Assembly: GCA_050012475.1 (NCBI GenBank)
Contig: JBEKHC010000040.1
Coordinates: 1 to 64,000 of the forward strand
Reading direction: 5' to 3'
Source of the DNA: Candidatus Velthaea sp.
GTDB taxonomy: Bacteria; Vulcanimicrobiota; Vulcanimicrobiia; Vulcanimicrobiales; Vulcanimicrobiaceae
DNA: 64,000 bases
Shown: piece by piece, positions 1 through 8,119 of the stretch
How positions within the stretch are numbered: the first letter of the stretch is position 1
How the letters are laid out: each line of letters begins with the position of its first letter
Notes under the pieces: generated by a model
Database searches by the model: none
What the model was told of the DNA's origin: nothing
The model's input: only the letters and a program-made list of their open reading frames with translations
Program-made: the position numbers and the translations under genes

Positions 1-1
1 G

Positions 2-352
2 CGCTACATATTGCGGCAGTACGAAGAAGAAGCAAAGATGTCGGTTCAAACCGAAGCAGTGTGCGACATTGACGACTTCGAGCCGTTACTTGGTATCGAA
101 ATCCTGTTTTTCGACAGTCTGGGAGAAACCTCGCTTTTCAAACATATAACGGCGTTGCAGGCGAACAATTTTGCGTTCCCGCTGTTCCGCTTTAATGGCG
201 AAACGGGGGTCGCCTACTTTCAGTTTGCCAATGGTCGACCGCGAACGCAGTTTGCTACCCCATGCACGGTGTTTCTCGACGAACTGGGCAGCTTTGTCGG
301 TTTTGAAATCCCGGCGTGGATCGGAGATTATCGTTTTGCAAGCACGCGCTGA
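2..352 (+). CDS. Putative immunity/antitoxin protein with two DUF2283-like repeats (5'-partial)
   Basis: Frame open from base 2. Two segments resemble the DUF2283 pattern (CDIDDFEPLLGIEIL; VAYFQF...VFLDELGSFVGFEIP). Lies directly before an Rhs cassette. Confidence 0.5.
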   Translation, partial: RYILRQYEEEAKMSVQTEAVCDIDDFEPLLGIEILFFDSLGETSLFKHITALQANNFAFPLFRFNGETGVAYFQFANGRPRTQFATPCTVFLDELGSFVGFEIPAWIGDYRFASTR

Positions 353-365
353 TGAAACGACCTAA

Positions 366-3345
366 GAACGCCTGCTCACGAGCCTCGTCCGAGCGGGTTA
401 CGTCAATGGCACGGTCTCCTCGCGCTCGGTGTCGGCAACATACGATTCACGTGGACGCGTGTTAATCACGACGGGTCCGCGGACCGACGTCGCGCAAGTC
501 ACCAAGCTGACTTACTTCTCCGATACGGACGCTGATCTGGGGCGCCGCGGGCAACTCCAAACCCTTACCGACGCACTCAACCACGTGACGACCTACGGCA
601 ACGGCGCTTCCCCGTACAATACCTACTCGCCGTTTGGCATGCCGGCGAGTTTCACGGATCCCAATAAAGTTCTGACGGACTTCACCTTTGATGCGCGCGG
701 GCGCCGCTTAAGCCAAATCGTCAAAGGCGTCACCAACGATCCGGCCGATCTGCAGACGTCCATAACGTACGATACCGAGGGGAAGCCGACGCGCGTTGCC
801 AAACCGCTGGGCAACGCCGTGAGCGCTGCGTACGATGCCAACGACAATCTCACCAGCTTGACGCGACTCGATGCAGGCGGCCTGCAGCGCGAGCAGGCAG
901 TCTATGGCTACGATGCCGGAAGCCGGCCGATCTCGACCACCCTGCAGTCTTGCACCTTACCCAGCAGCGCCTGCTCGACGTGGAACGCCGCCTTTGCGTC
1001 GAGTTCCGCGTTTTCCACTAACAACCAGGTCACCTACGAAGCGTTTCGTCAGCGGCGATCTGGGCACGAGCTATCACTACAGCGCAGCAGGCGACTTGGG
1101 CAGAACCGTCTACGGCGCGTCGCCAACGTCCTTTTCCGAGAGTTACGAACGCGACGCCACCTACGATCAGAACCATGTACCGCTCACGCGATCGGATGGC
1201 GGTTCTTCACAGCTGACGTTCAACTACGATTTGCAGATGAACGTGGTTGGCATCACGGTTCTTGGTCCGCAAAATGGCGTGACAACGGCGGCTTTCGACG
1301 ATTTCGGTGAAATGAAACGCCAAGTATCACCGTACACGGGCACGACGACGATGACCTACGATCCGGCGGGGAACGTGGTCTCGCGCACGGATGGAAACGG
1401 AGCCGTAACGGTATCAACCTACGATGCGCTCAACCGGCGTCTGTCGTCCGTTTCCACCCTTGCCGGCAAGCCGACCGAGACCGTCACCTGGACGTACGAC
1501 GGCGCAACGGTCGGGGCGTACGGCATCGGACGCCTGGCGACGATGACCGATCCGTCGGGATCGACGGCGTACACCTACGAGCGGCGAGGCTTGCTTGCCT
1601 CGACGCTGCAAAAGGTCGGCAGCGCCAGCTACACCACCAAATACAGCTACGACGGCAACGGCAATCGCATCTCGCAAACGCTGCCGTCGACTCGCGTGCT
1701 ATCATACACGTTCGATTTCGCCGATCGTCCGTATTCGGTCAAGTCAGCGACCGCAGTCTACGTCTCGGCAGCCACGTATGCGGCTTTCGGTCCACTCGCG
1801 CAAATCGTCTTCGGAAACGGCACCACGCAGGCTTGGACCTTCAACGGGCGCTATAAGCCGACCGAGAACAAAGTCACGACGAGCTCGACGACCTTATTCG
1901 ATCAAACGTATGCACAAGAAGCATCAGGCCTCACCAGCGCAACGACCGACAAGCTGACGCCCGCGAATTCACGACAATATACCTACGGGTTCTACAAGGA
2001 TACGCTCGCAACGGTCGCGACTCCGACCAATCCCAGTTGGGCTTCGTTCGTGCCGTCCTTTGCTCGCGATCTCGCCCAGATGAACGTGACCGATTCGAGC
2101 GGTAACGCGTCGACGATCGGCTTCGCGCTCGACAGTGCCCAACGGCTGACGGCGGTCCTGACGACCAATTCGTCCTATCAGACAACCACCCAGAACGTCA
2201 CCGAAGACAACGCCGGCAACGAGACGACGTTTGGCACCGCGACGTACGCGTATTCGCCGCGAAATCTCCTCGCGAGCGGCGAGGGCGTCAGCTACACCTA
2301 CGACGGTTTCGGACGACGGGTGAGCGCGACGGCTGCCGCCGGAACGCGTACCTCGCTCTACGATCCCGCCATGCACCTGCAATCGGAAACTGGTCTGTCG
2401 GGCTCGGCAATCGCCTACGACTACGTGTGGTTCGCGGGGCGGCCGGTCGCCCAAGAGGACACCGCGACCCACTGGACCGTCACCGACGATCTGCGCGCGC
2501 CGATCCTCCAGACGAGCGCGACCGGCGCGACGTTCTGGCAGGCTGTCTACACGCCCTACGGCGCGATCTACAGCCTCGCGACGGCGGACGCACATCAGCC
2601 GCTGCGGCGCCCAGGACAGGAAGCCGAAGAGTTCACCACCGGCAATCCCAACGGGCTCACGGCCCGCTTCTACAACGGTTTCCGCTGGTACCGACCCGCC
2701 TACGGCCGCTACACCCAGGTCGACCCCGTCGGCTACGCCTCGGGGGCATTTTCGCTCTACGCGTACGCGGGATCCGATCCGCTCAATGAGATCGATCCGT
2801 ATGGAACAGATCCCATTGGAATAGCGATTGGCTCAACGATCGGCGGAGGTCTCGGTTGGGGCCTTGGCGAGACCGCCGGATCCACCATCGGAGCCGTCAT
2901 CGGCAGCGTCGTGCCCGGTGCAGGAACAGCCGCAGGAGCCGTCCTCGTCGGCAATCTTGCTGCCGCCGGAGGTGCGGCGATTGGCATCCCCATTGGTTCC
3001 GTCGTTGGAGATTGGGCGGGGAACGCTCTTGGGGATATCGGCAATGCCATCGGAACCTCTCTTAACGAAACCGATGACGAACCCGGGGCCGTAGTCGAAG
3101 TTCCGGCACCGACTTTCACGGGAGATCCTGGTAGTACACAAATTGGAGATAAACAAACTCGAACCTACGGTCCTGATGGATACCCCGAAACTGATGTGGA
3201 CACCGGGCACAATCACGGTCAAGGCGACCCTCATACGCACCAGTGGACACGCCCCTCCGGGGGCGGGCCACCGAAAAATACAAACCGTCAACCGGGCCGA
3301 CCGTGGAAACCGGGAGACCCTCCATTGCCAAGGCGATGTTTATAA
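366..3345 (+). pseudogene. rhs: Rhs/YD-repeat protein with C-terminal toxin; lacks N-terminus, +1 frameshift at ~1044-1046
   Basis: YD repeats in ORFs 429-1310 and 871-3345 join if one T is removed from GCGTTTCGTC. Core ends YGRYTQVDPVG...DPLNEIDPYG (DPYG 2794-2805). Rhs-like frame begins right after TAA 363 with no start codon. Confidence 0.9.
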
Positions 3346-3387
3346 ACTAACATTTACAAGAAGCTGATTTATGATAGGTGGCACTCA

Positions 3388-3840
3388 GTGCAAGTTGCGA
3401 TAGACGACCATGGAATTTTGCGAAACCCGGACGTTCACGACGTAAACCTTTGTGGCTTACGGCTGCTGCGAAATACCCTCAACCTGTATTTTGTGGATCC
3501 AAGGGACGATTCTACGTTTTCCGTGACGATCCCAAACATCGTCGATTGCCGAATGGAAGGGTTTAAGGAGGGAAACATTGTGTTCGAACTTAAGTTTCTA
3601 CAACCATCACTACTTGACATAGATAGTCAAATGCAGCACTACCGCACACCGGAGCGCACGGAAGAATTTGAGGAAGCAAGAAAAACAATGGCCCATCAGG
3701 CAACCGAGCAGCATCTTACATTCATTCAGATTGACACTTCTTATGGATGCGACCTTATTGCCATATCGTCTAGCTCATCAACTGATGTCAAGTGGGAGCA
3801 ACATCATATGACGAAGACTCCAGCTTGCGTTGTGAGCTAA
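3388..3840 (+). CDS. Putative immunity protein for Rhs-CT1
   Basis: Small, visibly AT-richer ORF directly downstream of the toxin tip; N-terminal HD-hydrophobic pattern seen in some Imm families. Confidence 0.7.
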   Translation: MQVAIDDHGILRNPDVHDVNLCGLRLLRNTLNLYFVDPRDDSTFSVTIPNIVDCRMEGFKEGNIVFELKFLQPSLLDIDSQMQHYRTPERTEEFEEARKTMAHQATEQHLTFIQIDTSYGCDLIAISSSSSTDVKWEQHHMTKTPACVVS

Positions 3841-3918
3841 GCTGCTCGTGGTGATGCCGACGGCAAAGTAATCAAACCCGAAAGCGCGTGCGTCGAAGAC
3901 ACCAAGTACGCCTTATAA

Positions 3919-4091
3919 TGGACTCAGGAATTTAGACAGAAAATCGGGCAGCGATAAAGTGTATCGCAGCCATGAGTAAACGTTGTACAGCGGCTTTCAA
4001 GGCCCAATCGTCCAAGAACTCCTGCGCGGAGAGAAGACGATCGCCCAGATCCCCGCCGCCCATAAACTCCACTTCTCTACGATCCGGCGAT
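3919..4091 (+). mobile_element. IS3-family remnant: left end plus frameshifted OrfA N-terminus
   Basis: MSKRCTAAFKAQ/IVQELLRGEKTIAQI...STIRR (HTH_Tnp_1-like, 1-nt loss near 4007); candidate TG-initiated end TGGACTCAGGAATTTAGACA at 3919. Confidence 0.7.
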
Positions 4092-4530
4092 GCACTCGCA
4101 GTCCGAAACTGGGCTGTCAGGCTCAGCGATCGCCTACGATTACGTGTGGTTCGGCGACGTTCCGGTCGCCCAAGAAAATGTCGGCGGATCGACGCAGTGG
4201 ACGGTCACCGACGACCTGAGGGCCCCGATCCTCCAGACGAGCGCGACCGGCGCGACATCCTGGCAGGCTGTCTACACGCCCTACGGTGCGATCTACAGCC
4301 TCGCCACGGCGGACGCCCACCAACCGCTGCGGCGGCCGGGCCAGGAAGCCGAAGAATTCACCACCGGCAATCCCAACGGGCTCACGAACCGTTTCTACAA
4401 CGGCTTTCGCTGGTACCGACCGGCCTACGGCCGCTACACCCAAGCCGCTCCGGTCGGTTACGCCTCCGGCGCATTCTCGCTCTACACCTACGCGAGTTCC
4501 GATCCGCTCAACGCACTTGATCCGTACGGA
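4090..4530 (+). repeat. Direct repeat of the Rhs core 3' end (copies at 2371-2805, 4090-4530, degenerate 6917-7060)
   Basis: Long near-identical stretches, e.g. CCGATCCTCCAGACGAGCGCGACCGGCGCGAC in copies 1 and 2. Confidence 0.95.
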
Positions 4531-5154
4531 CTCGATGAGGTCGGCGAGACGATCGGCGGCGCCATTTTAGGGATTTTAGGAGCGGCCGGAGCCGACTTCT
4601 GCGCTGCGGCTGGAGAAGTCCTCGGCGGGCCGCCCGGCGCGATCATCGGCACAAACGTCGGCGGAATCGCCGGATACGCGCTGGGCCGCCATCTCGGGGC
4701 AGGCGTCGATCTCAACCCGTTTACGCTGCCGGGAGCCTCGTGTGCGGCAGATGGCGGCGGTGCAACCGGATCACTCGGCACCAGCGCAGTCGGTGGTGCG
4801 CCGGGCGAACCGGGGACGGGCCAGGGCGGCGGCGGGCCTGGAACCAGCAATGCCCCTTCTAAAATTCTCATGCCAAGTGGCTCGTCTATAGGATCTCCGG
4901 GTACGAGTCCTGACATATGTGAGTTGTCGGGAACAACTCCCGCAGACGCACAAAACTTGTTCAACAAGCTTGCTCAGGGCGGCACTCCGTACTCAAAACC
5001 CTATGCTCCGAATGCGAATGGCGTCGCTGTTAATCTGCCAAATGGTGGCTTCATTGGCATGCGCACAGGTGGAACGAATAGCCCGGGCACACTCGTGACT
5101 ATTGACCTAAATATCCCCAATATTCCAATTAGTAAGATTACGTTTAACCCATGA
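4090..5154 (+). CDS. Orphan Rhs-CT module 2 (core 3' end plus a different toxin tip)
   Basis: 4090-4530 repeats Rhs core 2371-2805; sequence diverges exactly after DPYG (4519-4530). Confidence 0.9.
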   Translation: MHSQSETGLSGSAIAYDYVWFGDVPVAQENVGGSTQWTVTDDLRAPILQTSATGATSWQAVYTPYGAIYSLATADAHQPLRRPGQEAEEFTTGNPNGLTNRFYNGFRWYRPAYGRYTQAAPVGYASGAFSLYTYASSDPLNALDPYGLDEVGETIGGAILGILGAAGADFCAAAGEVLGGPPGAIIGTNVGGIAGYALGRHLGAGVDLNPFTLPGASCAADGGGATGSLGTSAVGGAPGEPGTGQGGGGPGTSNAPSKILMPSGSSIGSPGTSPDICELSGTTPADAQNLFNKLAQGGTPYSKPYAPNANGVAVNLPNGGFIGMRTGGTNSPGTLVTIDLNIPNIPISKITFNP

Positions 5155-5474
5155 CGTATCTGACGCAAGTTGTTACGAACATACGAAAAGAACTTGACGA
5201 AGACATAGTGGCTCTCTCGTCGGTTACGCTTGGGCTTTATCACGGTTTTGGCGTCACGAGTGATACGAGCAAGAATTATAGTGATTTCGCATCAGAGGTT
5301 GCAAGGGAACTGCTTCATGATGAGCACATCCGCGTTGCCAGCTTCACAGAGACCGGGCTTGAGCCGTGGCCGACCTCGACCAATGAAAGCGTTGAGCGTA
5401 TTCGCAAGTTCTTACTCTCACTTGATCGCACCCCAAATGCAGGCGATAATGTCTGGTTCCTGCGACAGCCATGA
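5151..5474 (+). CDS. Putative immunity protein for Rhs-CT2
   Basis: ATGA overlap with toxin stop; 107 aa, lower GC. Confidence 0.8.
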   Translation: MTYLTQVVTNIRKELDEDIVALSSVTLGLYHGFGVTSDTSKNYSDFASEVARELLHDEHIRVASFTETGLEPWPTSTNESVERIRKFLLSLDRTPNAGDNVWFLRQP

Positions 5475-5588
5475 TTACTGGACGAGCGCTACAAGCCTGC
5501 CGGGTACTATAATGGCAGTTCTGGCAATTTCGAGATTGACATCGCTGCTGCCGGATTTGGGATTACGCATCGCTTCTTCAACGCAGGG
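5475..5588 (+). pseudogene. Possible toxin C-terminal tip remnant
   Basis: Start-less frame YKPAGYYNGSSGNFEIDIAAAGFGITHRFF, same pattern as the tip at 5897-5983. Confidence 0.45.
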
Positions 5589-5629
5589 TCCCGACGTTAC
5601 TGGCCATCTTACACCCGAATGGAACTCGC

Positions 5630-5896
5630 AAGGCGCTGATCTTCAGCGTCGACGAGAAGTCGCAGATTCAAGCGCTCGAACGTACTGCTCCGATTCTGCC
5701 GCTTCAACGCGGCATTCCCGAGCGCCAGAGCCATGATTACTGGCGCAATGGGACAACTACACTTTTCGCTGCTTTGAATGTCCTTGATGGAAGTGTGATT
5801 GGGAAATGTCTGCCGCGGCACCGCAATGAGGAATTTGTCGAGTTCTTGGACTACATCGAAGCGCAGGTTCCGAAGAATCTCGATGTCCATCTAATC
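5630..5896 (+). mobile_element. IS630-family transposase internal fragment
   Basis: ALIFSVDEKSQIQALERTAPILP...HDYWRNGTTTLFAALNVLDGSVIG...LDVHLI; breaks just before the expected DN of the DDE motif. Confidence 0.9.
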
Positions 5897-5983
5897 CGCT
5901 TTAACGGCAGTCAAGGACATTACGAACTCGTTATCGACCCAATAACAAACACGGTATATCACTTCTTGTTTACGAGTCCATAG
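5897..5983 (+). pseudogene. Last ~28 codons of another polymorphic toxin, fused in frame to the IS630 fragment
   Basis: RFNGSQGHYELVIDPITNTVYHFLFTSP*; not IS630-like; stops 2 nt before an immunity-like ORF. Confidence 0.55.
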
Positions 5984-5985
5984 AG

Positions 5986-6426
5986 ATGCGCTTTATCAAA
6001 AGCGCACGGCCGCCCCAAAAACACCGTAGTGCGATCTTTTATCGTGCCGACGAGTATTCGTTTGACGCTACGCTGCCGTGTCGCGACGTCGCATTTTCGT
6101 CAGTGTTGGTGAATACGCTTGAGATTACCGTTGACGCGTCCAGCACAATCATCTCAGTCTCGGGGCTCTGCCCGTATATGGCGTGGCTTGACGCAACCCT
6201 TAATGTTCCAAACGCGGAACCCGGCGAAGTAGTTATTTACAACGACACTCCGTTTACCAAGGGTATCCCTGTCAGATTGACGCCGCCGAAAACCATAGTT
6301 CCCGTTTTCGTTGATTATGAAAACGGCTGGGTGAAAGTTGCGGTTAGCCATGAGCCAGTGATTGCAGTTGAGGTAGCCCCGAGGATAATCATCGCAATCG
6401 AGGCCAGAGAACGGACTACCTACTAG
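5986..6426 (+). CDS. Putative orphan immunity protein (C-terminus possibly truncated)
   Basis: Lower-GC 146-aa ORF coupled to the toxin-tip remnant. Confidence 0.65.
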   Translation: MRFIKSARPPQKHRSAIFYRADEYSFDATLPCRDVAFSSVLVNTLEITVDASSTIISVSGLCPYMAWLDATLNVPNAEPGEVVIYNDTPFTKGIPVRLTPPKTIVPVFVDYENGWVKVAVSHEPVIAVEVAPRIIIAIEARERTTY

Positions 6427-6464
6427 CAGAAACAGGTTACGCCAAGATTGACCCTTATTCCACG

Positions 6465-6505
6465 GCGAACGGCAACCGCATCACCACGTCACTTCCGTCG
6501 GGCGC
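6465..6505 (+). pseudogene. Very short Rhs core scar
   Basis: ANGNRITTSLPSG matches GNGNRISQTLPST at ~1654-1692. Confidence 0.5.
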
Positions 6506-6736
6506 GTTTTGACGGCTGGCGCAGGGCTTGGTTCCGGCGCTTTCTGTGGAGCAACAAACACCGGGGTTACAAATTTGTTCAATCTCGGTGATCTGCCACG
6601 CAACCTGCGCCGGCTACCATTCGCGCCGAAACCATGTTGACATAGGTCAACACTCATAATGAAAACCTTATATGACCTCGCCGAAAACGCTGGAGCGGGA
6701 GCGGCATTCTACGCTGGCCTCTTGCGTTCACACGAC

Positions 6737-6885
6737 TGATCTGAGCCCACCTTTTAGGCCGCTGGTAAATGTGGAGCGGCGCTCGTTGGAAGCGTTGCGA
6801 CGAATTCCTTTGGAGTGAGATAACCGAGTGAGCTGTGCGGCTGCTCCTCGTTGTAATCGATTAGCCTGTTTTGGGCTTCGGCGCT
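6737..6885 (-). mobile_element. IS3-family remnant: OrfB C-terminus plus right end
   Basis: DYNEEQPHSSLGYLTPKEF integrase-core tail, stop at 6754; candidate IR TGATCTGAGCCCACCTTTT from 6737. Confidence 0.8.
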
Positions 6886-6916
6886 TCGGCGTGGATCTGC
6901 GAGGCAATCAGAGAGA

Positions 6917-7060
6917 CGCCGACGCAGGACCATCACCGACCATCTGCGCACACCGATGCTCCAGAGAAGCACGACCGGCGTGACGTTCTGCCTGTCTATA
7001 CACCCTACGGTGCAATTCACAGCCTCGCCACGGCGGACGCGTATAAGTCGCTGCGGTTGT
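6917..7060 (+). pseudogene. Degenerate third copy of the Rhs core end, no toxin
   Basis: TITDHLRTPMLQRSTTGVTF/VYTPYGAIHSLATADAYKSLR with small deletions; ends at the idnD stop. Confidence 0.85.
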
Positions 7061-7061
7061 A

Positions 7062-8096
7062 CTACTCGAAGGCGAGCTGGACTTTCATCGAGCGGGAGCG
7101 GTCGCCGGCGAGTTCGAATGCTGCGCGTGCCTGGTCGAACGGCAGCGTCGCCGAAATCAGCGGTTTGACGTCGACGAGGCCTTTGGCCATGTATTCGAGA
7201 GCGAGCGCATACTCTTCGTGGAAACGAAACGTTCCGCGCAGCTCGAGCTCCTTCGCACTGATCGTGTTGACCGGGATGGTCATGTCGGCACCGAGGCCGA
7301 GCTGGACGATCACGCCGCGCGGACGCACGACGTCGATGGCCATGCGCAAAGCCGCTTGGGCTCCGGACGCCTCGAGCGCGACATCGAAGGTGCCTTTGTC
7401 CGCCTTGCACGACGCGAGCGCATCCGGATCGCGTGCGACATTCACGGCGCGGTCGGCACCGGCTTGCAGGGCAAAGGGCAGCGTGGCGTCGGCGATGTCG
7501 GTCACGACGATCTCGGCTGCACCGGCGCGCCGTGCGGCGACGACGGCCAGCGCGCCGATCGGTCCGCAGCCCGTCACCAGAACGCGCTTGCCCATCAGCG
7601 ACCCGGCGCGTCGTACCGCATGCAGGCACACCGCCAACGGTTCGGCCATCGCCGCTTCAGCCAGCGAGACGGAATCGGCGACGGGTTGCGCCTGCCGCTC
7701 TTCGCAGACCAAGACTTCGCGAAACGCGCCTTGCACGTGCGGAAACCGCATCGCGCTGCCGTAGAACCGCATGTCCAAGCACTGGTTCTGCAGTCCTTCG
7801 AGGCAGTAGCGGCACTGATTGCACGGGAGGCTCGGATTGACGGCGATGCGCGCGCCGGCCTTGACGCGCGACACGTCCGAGCCGACCGCCGTAACCGTTC
7901 CGGCCACTTCGTGACCGAGAATCATCGGTTCGCGCAGGCGCACGACGCCGAATCCGCCCTCGTTGAAATAGTGCAGGTCCGAGCCGCAGATGCCTCCGTA
8001 CGCAACCCGCACGCTGATATCATGCGGCCCGAGGCTTGGCACCGGAGCTTCTTCGACTCGCAGATCTTTGGCTTCGTGGGCGACGATCGCACGCAT
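7062..8096 (-). CDS. idnD: L-idonate 5-dehydrogenase (Zn-dependent MDR)
   Basis: GGICGSDLHYF, GHE, structural-Zn Cys cluster, MRFYGSAMRFPHVQGAF, GTFRFHEEY; clustered with idnO/idnK. Confidence 0.9.
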   Translation of the reverse strand: MRAIVAHEAKDLRVEEAPVPSLGPHDISVRVAYGGICGSDLHYFNEGGFGVVRLREPMILGHEVAGTVTAVGSDVSRVKAGARIAVNPSLPCNQCRYCLEGLQNQCLDMRFYGSAMRFPHVQGAFREVLVCEERQAQPVADSVSLAEAAMAEPLAVCLHAVRRAGSLMGKRVLVTGCGPIGALAVVAARRAGAAEIVVTDIADATLPFALQAGADRAVNVARDPDALASCKADKGTFDVALEASGAQAALRMAIDVVRPRGVIVQLGLGADMTIPVNTISAKELELRGTFRFHEEYALALEYMAKGLVDVKPLISATLPFDQARAAFELAGDRSRSMKVQLAFE

Positions 8097-8119
8097 ACGT
8101 TTCTCCTTATGAAGCGCGG

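Noticed and set aside
1035..1060. Programmed frameshift in rhs
   Set aside because: No slippery heptamer or obvious stimulatory structure; a simple 1-nt insertion explains it.
5609..5890. Minus-strand 93-aa ORF
   Set aside because: Antisense shadow of the IS630 fragment.
3919..6885. Single IS3 element or composite transposon bracketing the cassettes
   Set aside because: OrfA and OrfB remnants are on opposite strands, the right end lies left of its OrfB, the ends differ, and no target duplication is visible.
6754..7764. ORFs 6754-7629 (-) and 6871-7764 (+)
   Set aside because: Chance read-through across idnD alternate frames, the Rhs scar and the IS tail.
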